A stretch of 64,000 nucleotides of DNA from contig NC_082738.1 of the NCBI RefSeq assembly GCF_030144855.1, positions 8,618,001 to 8,682,000 on the forward strand, in the 5' to 3' direction. Below, piece by piece: positions 48,760-62,040 of this stretch. Under the pieces are notes generated by a model, which was given only the letters and a program-made list of their open reading frames with translations, did no database searches and was not told the origin of the DNA. Within the stretch, counting starts at the first letter, position 1; each line of letters opens with the position of its first letter. This DNA is from Hypanus sabinus. Taxonomy: Eukaryota. Both the position numbers and the translations under genes were made by a program.

Positions 48760-49680
48760 AAGACCATAAGATATAGGAGCAGAATTTGGCCATTTGGCCC
48801 ATCGAGTCTGCTCTGCCAGTTCACCACCTGATCCATGTTTCCTCTCAGCAGCAATCTCCTGCCTTCCTCCCATAGACCTTCATGCCCTGACCAATCAAGA
48901 ATGTATCAACTTCTGCCTTAAGTATACCCAATGACTTGGCCTCTAGAGCCACTTGTGGCAATGAATTCCACAAATTCACCACTCTGGCAAAAGAAATTCA
49001 TCCTCACCTCCATTCTAAAAGGATGCCCCTCTATTTTAAGGCTGTGTTCTCTGGTCCTAGACTTCCCCATCATAGGAAACATCCTCTCCATGTCCACTCT
49101 TTTCAGGCCTTTCAACATTCAATAGGTTTCAGAGAACACAGAAAATAGAGCATAGAAAATCTACAGCACATTACAGGCCCTTCAGCCCACAACGTTGTGC
49201 CAACCATGTAACCTACTTCCTCATAGCCCTCTATCTTTCTAAGCTCCGTGTACCTACCTAAGAGTCTTTTAAAAGACCCTATTGTATCCACCTCTACCAC
49301 CTTCACTGGCAGTGCATTCCACGCACCCACCACTCTCTGTGTGAAAAACTTACCTCTAACATCCCCCTTGTACCTACTTCTATGCACCTTAAAACTATGC
49401 CCCCGTGTGTTAGCCGTTTCAGTCCTGGGAAAAAGCCTCTGACTATCCACATGATCAATGCCCCTCATCATCTTATACACCTCTATCAGGTCACCTCTCA
49501 TCCTCTGTCACTCCAAAGAGTAAAGGCCAAGTTCACTCAACCTATTCTCATAAGGCATGCTCCCCAATCCAGGCAACATCTTTGTAAATCATGTTTCATG
49601 AAGTTACCACCCCTGCATTTCTGAACTGCAGTGAGTACAGGCCCAGAGCCATCAAATGCTCCTCCTATGACAAGCCTTTC
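48760..49680 (-). mobile_element. Two nested CR1 3' fragments; inner copy at about 49150-49590
   Basis: The outer copy breaks at ataggtttca (49130) and resumes near 49595. The inner copy reads RGDLIEVYKMMRGIDHVDSQRLFP. Confidence 0.85.
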
Positions 49681-50309
49681 CTGGGTAGAATGTGGAACAA
49701 AGAAGAAACATCAGAAGCTTGTTTTTGAGGATGTTGGGTAGCATTCACCTTTGTGTTATGTCACAGCAGCAAGTAGCATCTGTGGGAGGAAAGTCCTAAT
49801 GCAGGGTTTCGAACGAAACATCAAAACCTGCTTTCCTCCCACAGATTCTGCTCGACACGCTGAGTTCTTCCAGCAGTTGGATTGTTGCTAAAGATTCCAG
49901 CATCTGCCATCTTTTGTATCTCTCTGTGTAATGCCACAGAGTGAGAGAGTCTTGTGTGCCTGTGATTATATCTCCTGAAGTTCCAAACAGTTGTTCTGTA
50001 AGGGGCCATCAAACCAAGGGCAATGACGGGATATCAGAGGTTGGTGAAACCTCCAGCTAAATCTCTTCACAGTTAACGGTGTGAACTGAGGCAGGGTGCA
50101 ATCTTTACCTGCTGTCATAGGCAGTGATTGATACGGGGACTTCGGAAGAGAAAACAAACAAGGGCTATGGTTGTAGTACTTCCAATTGTGGTCATGGTCC
50201 TGCCTTAATGGTAGCTCTTAACCTCTGGGACAGGTGTTCCAGAAACCTGAGCATTAAAGCTCAACCTAAATTTGTGGGTTACTCCATCGGACCAGCCGTG
50301 TTTTGCATG

Positions 50310-50525
50310 AGACATTAAACTGCCTGGGCAGATTTTAAAAGATTCGTGCAGTCCTTGAAAGATAAGCAGGAATATTCTTCCCTAGTGACCTGGCCAATAT
50401 TTATTACTCTGCTAAAAGCACAATAAAATAAATGATCAACAAATTTGCTGATTGCCATTTTTGGAACCTTGCTGTAAACAGTTTGCCTGTCATGTTTGAC
50501 AAATGATGACAGTGACTGCACTCTT
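50310..50525 (+). mobile_element. Ancient Deu-domain SINE relic (AmnSINE1/SacSINE-like)
   Basis: gacctggccaatatttat ... ttgctgt ... acagtgactgcact is colinear with the recalled Deu-domain consensus. Confidence 0.55.
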
Positions 50526-50720
50526 AACAATAACTGGGTTATTAACTGTCGTGAATGACCTCGCTGTTACCTGAATAAACTTCCTTAACAAATGTGAAAA
50601 CCATTGAATCTACCCTTATTTAAAATAGTGACATAATTCTGATCTTGAATGTGAGAAATCCCTGCCTCCAGCTTTGTGGTTGGCAGCCTAATTGATGATG
50701 AAATTGGCCTTATGTTTCAG

Positions 50721-50941
50721 GTTACAAAGGTGGCTGCGTGGTGCTGGCCACAGGGAACTCTGTTGGATTGTGGGAGGTGAAGGACTGCCACAACTTCCAG
50801 GCCAAGTTTATCTGCAGGCAGAATCTGGCAACCTCTTTTGACCCAGGGGCCGGTTCAGTGACAGTGACTCCGACACCCAGTGTTACTGGAAGCTGCCCGT
50901 CAGGATGGGTATCGTCCCCAACACTCCGATATTGCTATAAG
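50721..50941 (+). CDS. MRC2: MRC2 exon: CTLD3 end, Thr/Pro linker and start of CTLD4
   Basis: tgtttcag/gtagga boundaries. (G)YKGGCVVLATGNSVGLWEVKDCHNFQAKFICRQNLATSFDPGAGSVTVTPTPSVTGSCPSGWVSSPTLRYCYK, compared with human PTPSLTGSCPQGWASDTKLRYCYK. Phase 1-0. Confidence 0.96.
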
Positions 50942-51199
50942 GTAGGAAAGTGTGACATTTTTGTGCTAGTATATATTACAAAGCAGTTAGTGTCCATCTC
51001 AAATAAAAATAGAAAATGCTGGGAACACTCAGCGGATTGAGACAGATGTAACATTTCAACCTGAACATGAACTCTTTTTCCATAAATGCTTGATGACTTT
51101 CTGAGTTTTAAAAGCATTCTCTGCTTTTATTTCAGGCTTCCAACATGTGTGGTATTTTGCATTTTACCACCCATCTCATCCTCAATAATGCTTTTATAC

Positions 51200-52350
51200 C
51201 CAAAAACACAAAATGCTGGCAGAACTCAGCAGGCCAGACAGCATCTGTGGGAGGAGGTGGTGATGATGTTTCAGGCCGAAACCCTTCATCAGGAGTGAAG
51301 TAACATGGGATGGTCGAGGGGGGATAAGAAGCGGGGGGAGGAATGAAGTAGAGAGCTGGGAAGTGATAGGCTGGAGGGAAATAGGCTCGGGGGAAGATGG
51401 AGAATTATGGGAAATAAAAGAAAAAGAAAAGTAGGGTTGGGGGGAGAGATTATAGTGAGGGGGAAAAAGTGAGAGAAAGAGAACCAGACTAAAATTATAG
51501 ATAGGGATGGGGTAAGGGGGGGGCAGGGGTATCAACAGAGGTCTGTGAGTTGGATGTTCATGCCGGCAGGTAGGAGGCTACCTAGGCGGGAGATAAGGTA
51601 TTGCTCCATCGACCTGCGTGTGGTCTCATCTTGACGGTAGAGGAGGCCATGGACAGACATGTCGGAGTGGGAGTGGTCTGTGGAATTGAAGTGTGTGGCC
51701 ACAGGGAGATCCCGCCACTGCTGGAGGACTGAGCGCCGGTGTTCGGCGAAATGGTCTCCCAGTCTGTGGCGGGTCTCCCCTATGTATAAATGGCCACATC
51801 AGGAGCACCGGATACAGTATATCACCCCAGCTGACTCACAGGTGAAGTGGTGCCTCACCTGAAAGGACTGTCTGGGGCCTAGGATGGTGGTGAGGGAAGA
51901 AGTGTGGGGGCAAGTGTAGCACTTCTTCCATTTGCAGGGATGAGTGCCCGGAGGGAGGGGAGGGATGGGGGGGATGAATGGACAAGGGAGTCGCATAGGG
52001 AGCAATCCCTGCGGAAAGCCGAGAGTGGGGGGGAGGGGAAGATGTGGTTGGTGGTGGGATCACTTAGGAGGGTGGCGGAAGTGACGGAGGATTATGCGTT
52101 GGATCTGTAGGCTGGTAGGGTGATAGGTGAGGACCAGGGGGACTCTATCCCTGGTGGGCTGGCGGGGGGGGATGGGGTGAGGGCAGAGGTGCGTGAAATA
52201 CGGGAGACGCGGACAAAGGGAAGCCCCTTTCTTTAAAAAAGGAAGACATCTCCTTTGTCCTAGAATGAAAGGCCTCATCCTGAGAGCAGATGCGGTGGAG
52301 GTGGAGGAATTGAGAGAAAGGGATAGCATTTTTGCAGGAGACAGGGTGGA
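51200..52350 (-). mobile_element. Penelope-like element: RT thumb, linker, GIY-YIG endonuclease pseudogene and pLTR
   Basis: DRVPLVLTYHP; GTHPCKWKKCYTCPH; FTCESAGVIYCIRCS*CGHLYIGET; hammerhead motif at 51262-51296(-). Confidence 0.88.
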
Positions 52351-54084
52351 TTGTACAGTTTTCTTTCTTATTTATTGAGATACAACGTGAAATAATCTCT
52401 TCCAGCCCTTCGAGCCTAGCCTAATCACGGGACAATTTACAAAGAGTAATTAACCTACCAACTGGTACCTCTTTGGACTGTGGGTGGAAACCGGAGCACC
52501 AGGTGAAAACCCACATGGTCACAGGGAGGATGTACGAACTCTTTACAGGCAGTGGCAGGACCTGAACCTGGGTCACTGGTACTGTAAAGCATGCCAACCA
52601 CTACACTACTGTGCTCTTTCATGTATTTCAATGTAGCAGTTAGGATACAAACAAAGGGCTTTCTAGACCGTTTTAGAACACAGTTAAAGAGTCGGCTACA
52701 TTACTGTGGGTCTGTAGTCACTTACTGTAAGTCAAACGGGGTGAGGGGTATTAATGAATTTGGTGACTTTTTACCACAGTCGACTAAATTTTTAGTCACC
52801 ATTGCTTTTCCAACAATGCCAGATTATTCAACATTCCCTAAGACCGATCTTTTAACAGCTCCTTAACTCTGCATCAAAGTTTGTTTGATAACATTGCTAT
52901 GTTGTTATGGGCACGTCTCTTGATTCTCATCAGTATCATTGTTCACTAGGTGCTGTTCTGCAGTGATTTGTGAAGATTTGACATGGTTCATTACTGATTT
53001 TCGCTCAGTCACTTAGCATGTCCTGCCCCATAGGCACCAGACAGTGATGACACTGTGGTCTGCCTCAGATTCAGGCAGATTGGCCCAGTCAGAAGGAACT
53101 GTATATATTCACTGACGAAACAACGCGTCAGTGTGTAAGTGACTAAACAGCAGCTTGGCAGGTTGCATTTGCTTAGCTCAATCTTGTTGACAAAAGAGCC
53201 CAAAATGAATCAATTCATGTAAATATTCTCAAAGACATGTTTTCAGTTTCAAGAATAAATTTCTCATCTTCACCCTGTAAAAGCTGATTTATTAATGACC
53301 AGTTGGTGTTTGAGATGGTCATTGGGAGGATATTCAGTTGAGCTAGCTTGTGCCTGTTCTCTGTATTTACACTCATCAGGATCGCTGTGCTTTGCAGCAT
53401 TTCAGCAGGAATCCCTTTGACCCAGAGCTCTGCTGAATATTGCATCAGAATCTGGCTTCACTTGCAGTCCAGATGGTTCCTCTGTGTGCAGAGGTATTCC
53501 ACAATCCACAGGATCCTTCACCTTCCAAAATTCGATAATTAATCCCGCTCACAACAACCTGAGTTTGTGAGACAGTTCCTGGATCTGCAAGAGAATGACT
53601 CAGGATCTGCTTTTAAGATTTAGCCAAGTGCCACGCAGCAGTTTCACGGTAATGTGATAAGATTTGGTGGACAGTGGCTTTATTTTAAAATATCTGGCCA
53701 TGGTGAATCACACCACATTTGCTATAGGATCACAGTTAACTATACGAAACCCAGACATTCCTTTGTCATGTCAAACTTCAAAAATGAGCCTTGAAAATGT
53801 GCTCAGCTATTCAACTGTGTTAGACGCCATAGATGAAATATTTCCTGTTCTGCCCCAAATGAAAATGCTGGACAAGCAGAGGCCACGTCGGCTGTTGAGT
53901 CTGTCTGCACACTCCATGCTAGGAGCACCAAAACCTGGCATCGTGTGTGCAACTCTATTACTTTTCAGGACCTTCAAAAGGAAAGCCAGTACGGGAAGGG
54001 TAGAAGATCCCTCAGTCGTCGTCGTCGTCATTATTGTGTGCCATGTCATATGGTTATGTGGTTTTTTTAAATTCCAGGATTAAA

Positions 54085-54475
54085 CAGAATTTAGAAGAAT
54101 GAGGAGGGGTGACCTCATTGAAACCTATCAAATGGTGAAAGGCCTTGACAGAGTGCACGTGGAGAGAATGTTTCCTGTGGTGGGAGAGTCCACAGGACAC
54201 AAGACCAGAGGACGCAGCCTCAGATGAGTTGGAATTTCTTTAGCCAGAGGGTGGTGAATCTGTGGAATTCTTTGCCACAGGCAGCTGTGGAGGCCAAGTC
54301 TTTATGTATGTTTAAGGCAGAGGTTGATGGATTCTTGATTAGTCAGGGCATGAAGGGATATGGGAAGAAGGCAGGAGATTGGGTCTGAGAGGAAAATTAG
54401 ATCAGCCATGATGAAATGGCAGAGCAAACTCGATGGGCCAAATGGCCTAATTCTGCTCCTATATATATGGTCTTA
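54085..54475 (+). mobile_element. CR1 3' end fragment
   Basis: FFSQRVVNLWNSLPQAAVEAKS and a CR1 3' UTR. Confidence 0.88.
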
Positions 54476-54868
54476 TCTCTGTTCTAAAGGGACATGCTTC
54501 TATCCTGATTATGGATCTGGAAAAGCCACACTTTGCGTTGGGATCAAGAGATTCTGCGTGGGTGAGATTAGTGGTTGGCAATGTTGGGATTAGGACTGGG
54601 TGGGGGAGGGAGGAAACTGAAGATGGACCCAATGGGAAAGGTAGTGAGGTGAGAGAAGTAGATGGAAGATTGCAGAGAAGTCAAGAATGGAAAGAAGAGT
54701 GTACAAAGATGATTTCCCAGGACTTTGCCTGGGATGGAGTACTTCAGTTATGAGAAGAGATAGGAGGGGCTGGGTTTGTTTTCCTTGGTGCTGATAGAGT
54801 TAAGAGAGAATGCCTAGGTTTAATGTGAGGGTTAGAGGAGATATAAGTAAGAATATCTTCATCTATAT

Positions 54869-54948
54869 CAGGGGTTCCCAATCTGGGGCCCATGGACCCC
54901 TTGTTTAATGGTATTGGGCTATGGCATAAAAAAGGTTGGAAACCCTTG
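54869..54948. mobile_element. hAT (Charlie-like) MITE, same family as 48159 in the opposite orientation
   Basis: caggggttcccaa...ttggaaacccttg TIRs and TSD atctatat/atctagag, a TCTAGA-like target. Confidence 0.8.
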
Positions 54949-57431
54949 ATCTAGAGGGTGGTTTTGATCTGGAAAACATTGCCTGAAGGGTAGTGGAGGC
55001 AAAGATTCTGATGACACCTGAAAAGCACCTGGATGAGTATTTGAATCACCCAGGCATTCAAAGCTAGTAGGATCATGTGATGGTAAATGGGATTAGTACA
55101 GATAGGTACTTGATAGTCAGCATTGATATGATGGGCTGAAGGGCCTGCATCTGCTGTATGGCTCTGCAAAGAGTTAGAGAGGACCACATGAAAATGAGAA
55201 CAGAGTAAAAATTGGCACTCTGAGTTTTGAACGAGAGCCGGAAGCAGCACCAAGTACAGGCGTCAATGTAGCTGAGGGGAGATCGGGGCCCTGAGTGGCA
55301 CTGAAATAACTGCATTCTGCAAAGAGACAGGTGTTGCTTGGGGCATGTCTTTTCAATGCGAGAAAGTATTCAGCAGGCGAATAATGGAGGGAGACCGGTT
55401 GGACTTTGTTCAAGGAAGAAGAGCAGGGCCCTTTGACTGTTCCCGGGGAGACATGGGCTATCAGAGTTGGCCTGCCACTGATTGTGCGTGTGTACTGCCA
55501 GTTGTGTTGGAAGGGAGGGTGCATGGTTATCAGAGTGACCTTGGCAGGGATCGATGGTGAGGTCGATGATCGTTCATTGGCTGTTGCTTACAGCTTTTGT
55601 GATGGTCATTGACTTGAATTTCTGACTCTTGCTTCTCCTCCCCAGATGCCGTCTGACTGCACGTTCAGTTTTATTCTAGAATTCTGAGAACTGCACCAAA
55701 TTATTTATATAGAGTGGACTTGTTCTCGACACTGTCAAGATGTTCAAAGAAAGGTTTATTCAAGTCAAGTTAAGTCAAGTCATTTTTTATTGTCATTTTG
55801 ACCATAACTGCTGGTACAGTGCATAGTAAAAATGAGACAATGTTTTTCAGGACCATAGTGTTACATGACACAGTACAAAAACCTACACTGGACTACGTAA
55901 TAAAAAAAAACAGAGAAAGCTACACTAGACTACAGACCTACACTGGACTGCATAAAGTGCACAAAAACAGTGCAGTGTTTATTATAAATAATAAACAGGA
56001 CAATAGGGTAAGGTGTCAGTCCAGGCTTCGGGTATTGAGGAGTCTGATAGCTTGGGGGAAGAATGCAGATGTTCAAAATTATAGAGGAGTGTGCATAAGG
56101 CAGGAAGCAGTGTTGTCACTTGTAGGCAATTCCGTTAGCAGAGAACGTGGATCTAAGATAATTGGCAGAGGAGCAGAGAACCACAGAGTGCAGGGCACGA
56201 GGCACGGGAGTTTTTGGCTTGCTAGGTTGTGAGTCCTGGCCAAGAATTCTGTTCATGCGTTAAAATTTGCAGGCAGGAAAGACCAGATGGTCCAGAGAGC
56301 TCAGGATGCCTGGAGCACTATGGCTAGACATTTCCTGCCTTTCCCCCATCAGCCACATAATCTCACAGGAGACGCAAAAGAAAACCAAAAAAAAGATGCC
56401 CAACCCCAAGCACAGAGGGAGGGGAAAAAAATCTGAAAAATTCAGCTCTGACAAGCCTGAGGTTTTCAATCCCAGTTTGACAGAATTTCGGGATTGGTAG
56501 CAGTAGCAGGAAGAGATACCCGGTGACTGGTGGAGGGGTTAGGGTCTGCTGGTAACTTTAAAGCAAAGGCCAGGCAGAGAGTCCCTCTGCATTAGCAGGC
56601 CGCACATCTGGAAAGGCACGATTTCCCTAGCCTTTGACCCGGCTGTTCTCAGAGATCCTTTGTATCCTCCATGACTGGAAAGTAAAGTGTATTTGAGGCT
56701 GTGATCTCTTGGCTGTCAGTTCTTTGCTGAGATCATGAACATTGCCTCAGGGGAGTGATCAAACTACAAAGGCAGCTCTTGCCCATTTCCCCAGACTGCT
56801 TTGGTTGCAGTTCAGGAGAGACCTTCATGTTTATCTTTATAACACAATCAGCCTCATTCAGAACTCTCCTGCAGGATCAGCAGTTCTGAGCTCAGTTGTC
56901 ACTTAATGGTGGGCTGCAGGTTTTTAATGCATCTCCCTCTGCGCACTTTTCATGTATATCTAAAGATTTGCTTTTGAAATCCTGTTTTTTTTTAATTTCT
57001 TTGAAACTTTGTACTGCTTCTCAGGACAAAAATTTCTGATGTTGACAGGGTTTAGCAGACTGATGCAACCTTTCTTTATCTGTTATGTGCACACAAAATG
57101 TTCAGCCATAACTTTTACAGCAACAGTTTGCATTTATATAGCACCCTTTAGTGCAGTAAAACTCATGGAACTTTAGAGCAAGTTTCTTAGGCAAAATAGA
57201 CACATTGAGCCAGAAAGAAGACTTTTAATTCAAGTGACAGAAAGTTTGATTGAAGAGTTTGGTTCTAAGGAAGGTCAGATGTAAGAACAAGACTCGGCCA
57301 CTCAGCCCTTCAAAACTGCCCCCTTCCTATTCAGTATGATCAGGGATAATCTATGCCAACCTCAGCCTCTCTGTGCCAGTTCCCAGTCATCCTCAATTCC
57401 TCAATCCTTCCCATATGTATCTAACTCAACC

Positions 57432-57523
57432 TTAAATCTGAGTTAAATTGATGAAAATCCCTGGTTGTAATACTCATTTATGTGAGCAAAAGCTTGGGGG
57501 CTGAATACTTTTACAAGGCACTG
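57432..57523 (+). mobile_element. Tc1-like terminal inverted repeat remnant
   Basis: gggggctgaatacttttacaaggcactg is the reverse complement of the 24667 terminus at 26/28 positions. Confidence 0.8.
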
Positions 57524-57859
57524 AACATGTAAACAATGTGGAACAATATCAGTCGCAGGGAGAAGGTGAGGGCTCCAGACAGACAGATAGTACTGGTGGT
57601 CACGATTGTACTTGAAGTTGGCAGGCAGAAGGTACCTACGTTGCTGAATGCTACAGCTGCTGTCAGAAGTTCAAGTTTATTATTATTTAACCGTACATAT
57701 GTATACTGCCAACCAAGACAGTGTTCCTCTGCACCAAGGTGCACAACACAATGCACATATCTCACACACATAATATATAAAGTAATATTACCACTAGTCA
57801 ATTAACAATTTATAAGATGCATTTACGACACAAGTTAAAAAGTAACAGTACGTGATGAG

Positions 57860-58730
57860 ACCTGGGAGTTCAGCAGTCACACTCCCAGAAACTTGGTGCT
57901 CCTGACTCTCTCCATGGAGGAGCCGTGTACTTACAGTAGGGAGTGGTCAGCCTGCACCTTCCTAAAGTCCACAATCATTTCTTTGGCATTGTCCACATTG
58001 AGACTCAAGTTGTTGTGCTTGCACCATTCTACAAGCCACTCTACCTCCTCTCTGTAGGCCGTCTCGTCATCTTTGATTGTTGTGTTATCAACGAACTGGG
58101 AAATTTGGTTTGAACTGCATCGAGCAGTGAAGTCATGCGTCAGCAGTGTGAATGGCGGCAGGCTGAGCACACAGCCCGAGAGAGTGTCAGTGTTCAGCGT
58201 GATGGAGCTGGAGATGCTTCTGCTAACATGGGCTGACTGTGGCCTTTCTGTCAAAAGGTCCATGGTCCAGTTAGAGGGAAGTGTTGAGACTCAAGGGCAG
58301 TTTACCCTCCAGCCTCTGAGGGACAATTGTATTAAATGCTGAATTGAAGTCAATAAATAGCATCCTGGCACGAGGCACCATTTTCCAGGTGGGACAGGAC
58401 GGAGTGAAGTACAGAGGCTGAGGCAATGTCACTGAACCAATTTGAGTGATAAGTGAACTGGACAGCATCCAATGTAGCAGGAAGATGGGACTTAATATGA
58501 TCCAGAACCGGCCACTCAAAGCACTTCATTATTATTGAGGTCAGTGTCACTGGACAGCAGTCATTGAGGCAGATTACTATTGCCCTCTTGGGCACTGAGA
58601 TGATGGTGGCTGCCTTGAAACCCAAGGCGACAGTGGTTTGTTCCAGAGATGTTAAAGATGTCTGTTCGAACCTCTGTTAACTGGGCTGCACAGTCCCCTC
58701 AGTACTCAGCCAGGTATGTTATCAGGCTCT
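57860..58730 (-). mobile_element. Rex1/Babar-type LINE RT fragment
   Basis: CLNDCCPVTLTSIIMKCFE, RMLFIDFNSAFNTIVP, NNLSLNVDNAKEMIVDFRK. Confidence 0.88.
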
Positions 58731-58734
58731 GCCT

Positions 58735-61700
58735 GCCTCTCGCCCTTCTTGAAGAGTGGAGTGACATTTACAGTTTTCCAGTCTTCTGGAACCATTACAG
58801 AAACTAGTGATTTTTGAAAGATCATTATTAATACCTCTACGATCTCTTCAGCCACCACTTTCAGAACCCTGAAACCATCTGGTCCTGGTGACTTATCTAC
58901 CTTCAGTCCTTTCGTTTCCCAAAAAACTTCTCCCTAGTAACGGTAACTTCACACACTTCATGCCCCTGACACCTGGAGACTTCCACCATACTGCTAGTGT
59001 CTTCCACAGTGAAGACTGATGCAGAATACTTACTCAGTTTGTCTGCCATTTTCTTGTCCCCCATTACTACCTCTCCAGAATTATTTTTCAGCAGTCAAAT
59101 ATCCATTCTCCCCTCTCTTTTACACTTTATATATCCAAGGGGTCAGTGTGGACATGGTGGAGGATTACAAATACCTGGGGATACAAATTGACAATAAACT
59201 GGATTAGTCAAAGAACACTGAGGCTGTCTACAAGAAGGGTCAGAGCCGTCTCTATTTCCTGAGGAGACTGAGGTCCTTTAACATCTGCCGGACGATGCTG
59301 AGGATGTTCTATGAGGCTGTGGTGGCCAGTGCTATCATGTTTGCTGTTGTGTGCTGGGGCAGCAGGCTGAGGGTAGCAGACACCAACAGAATCAACAAAC
59401 TCATTCAGAAGGCCAGTGACGTTGTGGGGGTGGAACTGGACTCTCTGACGGTGGTGTCTGAAAAGAGGATGCTGTCCAAGTTGCATGCCATCTTGGATAA
59501 TGTCTCCCATCCACTCCATAATGTACTGGTTAGGCACAGGAGTACATTCAGCCAGAGACTCATTCCACTGAGATGTAACACTGAGCATCATAGGAAGTCA
59601 TTCCTACCTGTGGCCATCAAACTTTACAACTCCTCCCTCAGAGTGTCAGACACCCTGAGCCAATAGGCTGGTCCTGGACTTACTTCCACTTGGCATGATT
59701 AACTTGTTATTATTTAATTATTTATGGTTTTATATTGCTATATTTCTTCACTGTTCTTGGTCGGTGCGGCTGTAATGAAACCCAATTTCCCTCGGGATCA
59801 ATAAAGTATGTCTGCCTGTCTGTCTGAAAAAGAAACTTTTGGTATTCTCTTTAATACTATTGGCTAATTTACCTTTGTATTCCAGCTTTACCTTCTTGTT
59901 GACTTTTCAGTTGTCTTCTGTGTTGTCTTCTAAAAGCTTCCCAATCCTCTAACTTCCCACTAATCTTTGCTCTATTATATGCCCTCTCTTTGGCTTTTAT
60001 GTTGGCTTTGAACATCTCTTGTTAGCCATGGTTGTGTCATCTTACCTTTAGAACTCTTCTTCCTCATTGGGATGTATATATCCTGTGTCTTTCAAATTGC
60101 TTCCAGAAATTCCAGCCGTTGCTGTTCTGCCGTCATCCCTGCCAGTGTTCATTTTCAATTAATTCTGGTCAACTCCTCGTTCATGCCACTGTAATTCCCT
60201 TTACTCCACTGTAATACTGATACATCTGACTTCAACATTTCCTTCTCAAATTTCGAAGTGAATTCAATCATGTTATGATCACTGGCCCCTTAGGGTTCTT
60301 TTACCTTAAGCTGTCAATTAATCAATTCCTTAATCCATTCCTGTTCACTGCACAACACCCAATCCAGAATAGCTGATCCCCTTGTAGGCTCAACCACGAG
60401 TTGCTCTAAAAAAAATCTCATAGGCACTCTAGAAATTCCCACTCTCGGAATCCAGCACCAACCTGAGTTTGCCAACCTACCTGCATATTGAAATTCCCCA
60501 CGACTATTGTAACATTGCCCTTTTGGCATGCATTTTCTATCTCCCATTGTTATCTGTAGACCACATATTTGCTACTATTTAGTGGTCTGTATATAACTCC
60601 CATCAGGGTCTTTTTACCCTTGCAGTTCCATAGCTCTACCCACAATGATTCAGCACCTTCCGACCCTATGTCACCTTTCTAATTAGTTGACTTAATTTTT
60701 TTAACCGAGAGCTACACCACCCCCTCTGCCTTCTTGCCTATCCTTTCAATACTGTGCTACAAGTTCATTGACCTTATTCCGTATACTGCGCACATACAAA
60801 TATAACACTCTTGGTTCTGTTTTCACACTTTTTCAGTTTGTCCACCTTTTACATTGCAACTCATCCTGTTGACTGTAATTTTGCCCTATCATCAGCCTCT
60901 CCTTGATAGGAGTCTCACTACAAACTGCCTCTGTTTGTAAATCAACTACCTCATCCTCAGCTCTATCACTCTGCCAAATTAGTTTAAACCCACCCGAACA
61001 ACTCTAGCCAACCAGCCTGCAAGAATATTGAACCCCCTTGGGTTCAGGTGTAACCTGTTTGTTTTGCACAGATCATACCTTCCCCAGAAGAGATCCCAAT
61101 GATCCCTAAATCTGAACCCCTGCCCCCTGCACCAGTTCCTCAGCCATGCATTCACCTGCCAAATCATCGCATTCTTATCCTCACTGGCACGTGGCACAGG
61201 CATCAATCCAGAGATTACTACCCTGGAGGTCCTGTTTCTCAGCTTTCTACCTAGCTTCCTAAAATCTCACTTCAGAACCATCTCACCTTGTCTACCTGTG
61301 TCATTGGTGCCAATATGTACCAAGACTTCTGGCTACTCACCCTTGCCCTTGAGAATGCCTCGGACCTAATCTGGGACTTCTCTGATCCTGGCACCAGGGA
61401 GGCAACATACCATCTGGATGTCTCTATCGCGCCCAAAGAACCTCATCTCTGTTCCTCTGACAATGGAATTTCCTATTAACTCTGCAGACCTCTTCACCTC
61501 TCTGCTCTTCTAAGTCACAGCACCAGACTCAGTACCTGAGACCCGGTCACTATGGCTCTCCCAGGTAGGTTGACTCCTCAATAGTATCTAAAGTTATATA
61601 CTTAATATTGAGGGGAACGGCCACATTTGTACACTGGCTGTGCATTTCCCCTCCATCTCCTGACAGTCACCCGGTTACCTGTCTTGTGCAAGCTAGGGGT

Positions 61701-62040
61701 AACTATCTCCCTGTAGCTCATGTCTATCACCTCCACGTTCTCCCGTATGAGTCAAAGGTCATCAAGCTGGTGCTCCAGTTCCATAATACGTTCCCTCAGG
61801 AGCTGCAGCTCAGTGCGCCTGGTGCAGATGTGTTTATCTGGGAGACCTCCAGTCTCCCAGTCTTCCCACATCCCACACAGAGTACAAAACACTGCCCCTG
61901 GAGCAATTCTCTCTAAACTACTGTGCCCTAACAGACGAAGAATGAACAAATAAGAACAGAGAGAGAGAGAGTATCTTACAGGAGAATTTACCTCACCCCA
62001 GCCTGATGTCACCAAAACCACTCTAAACACTGCCAAACTT
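58735..62040 (-). mobile_element. CR1 5' half (ORF1 zinc finger/leucine zipper and SGNH esterase; ORF2 endonuclease)
   Basis: AVFCTLCGMWE...LQLLRERIMELEHQLDDL; GFRFRDHWDLFWGRYDLCKTNRLHLNPRG; EQLVVEPTRGSAILDWVLC. Confidence 0.9.
59132..59825 (+). mobile_element. Young Rex1/Babar 3' fragment inserted into the CR1
   Basis: YKYLGIQIDNKLD*SKNTEAVYKKGQSRLYFLRRLRSFNICRTMLRMFYEAVVAS, then aataaa and a (tgtc)n tail. Confidence 0.88.

Noticed and set aside
53493-53540. Candidate next MRC2 exon (VFHNPQ..., resembling the expected VF start of the CTLD4 exon)
   Set aside because: It hits a stop after 14 codons and lacks the SW/AC/LLS motifs. The true exon is probably beyond the window.
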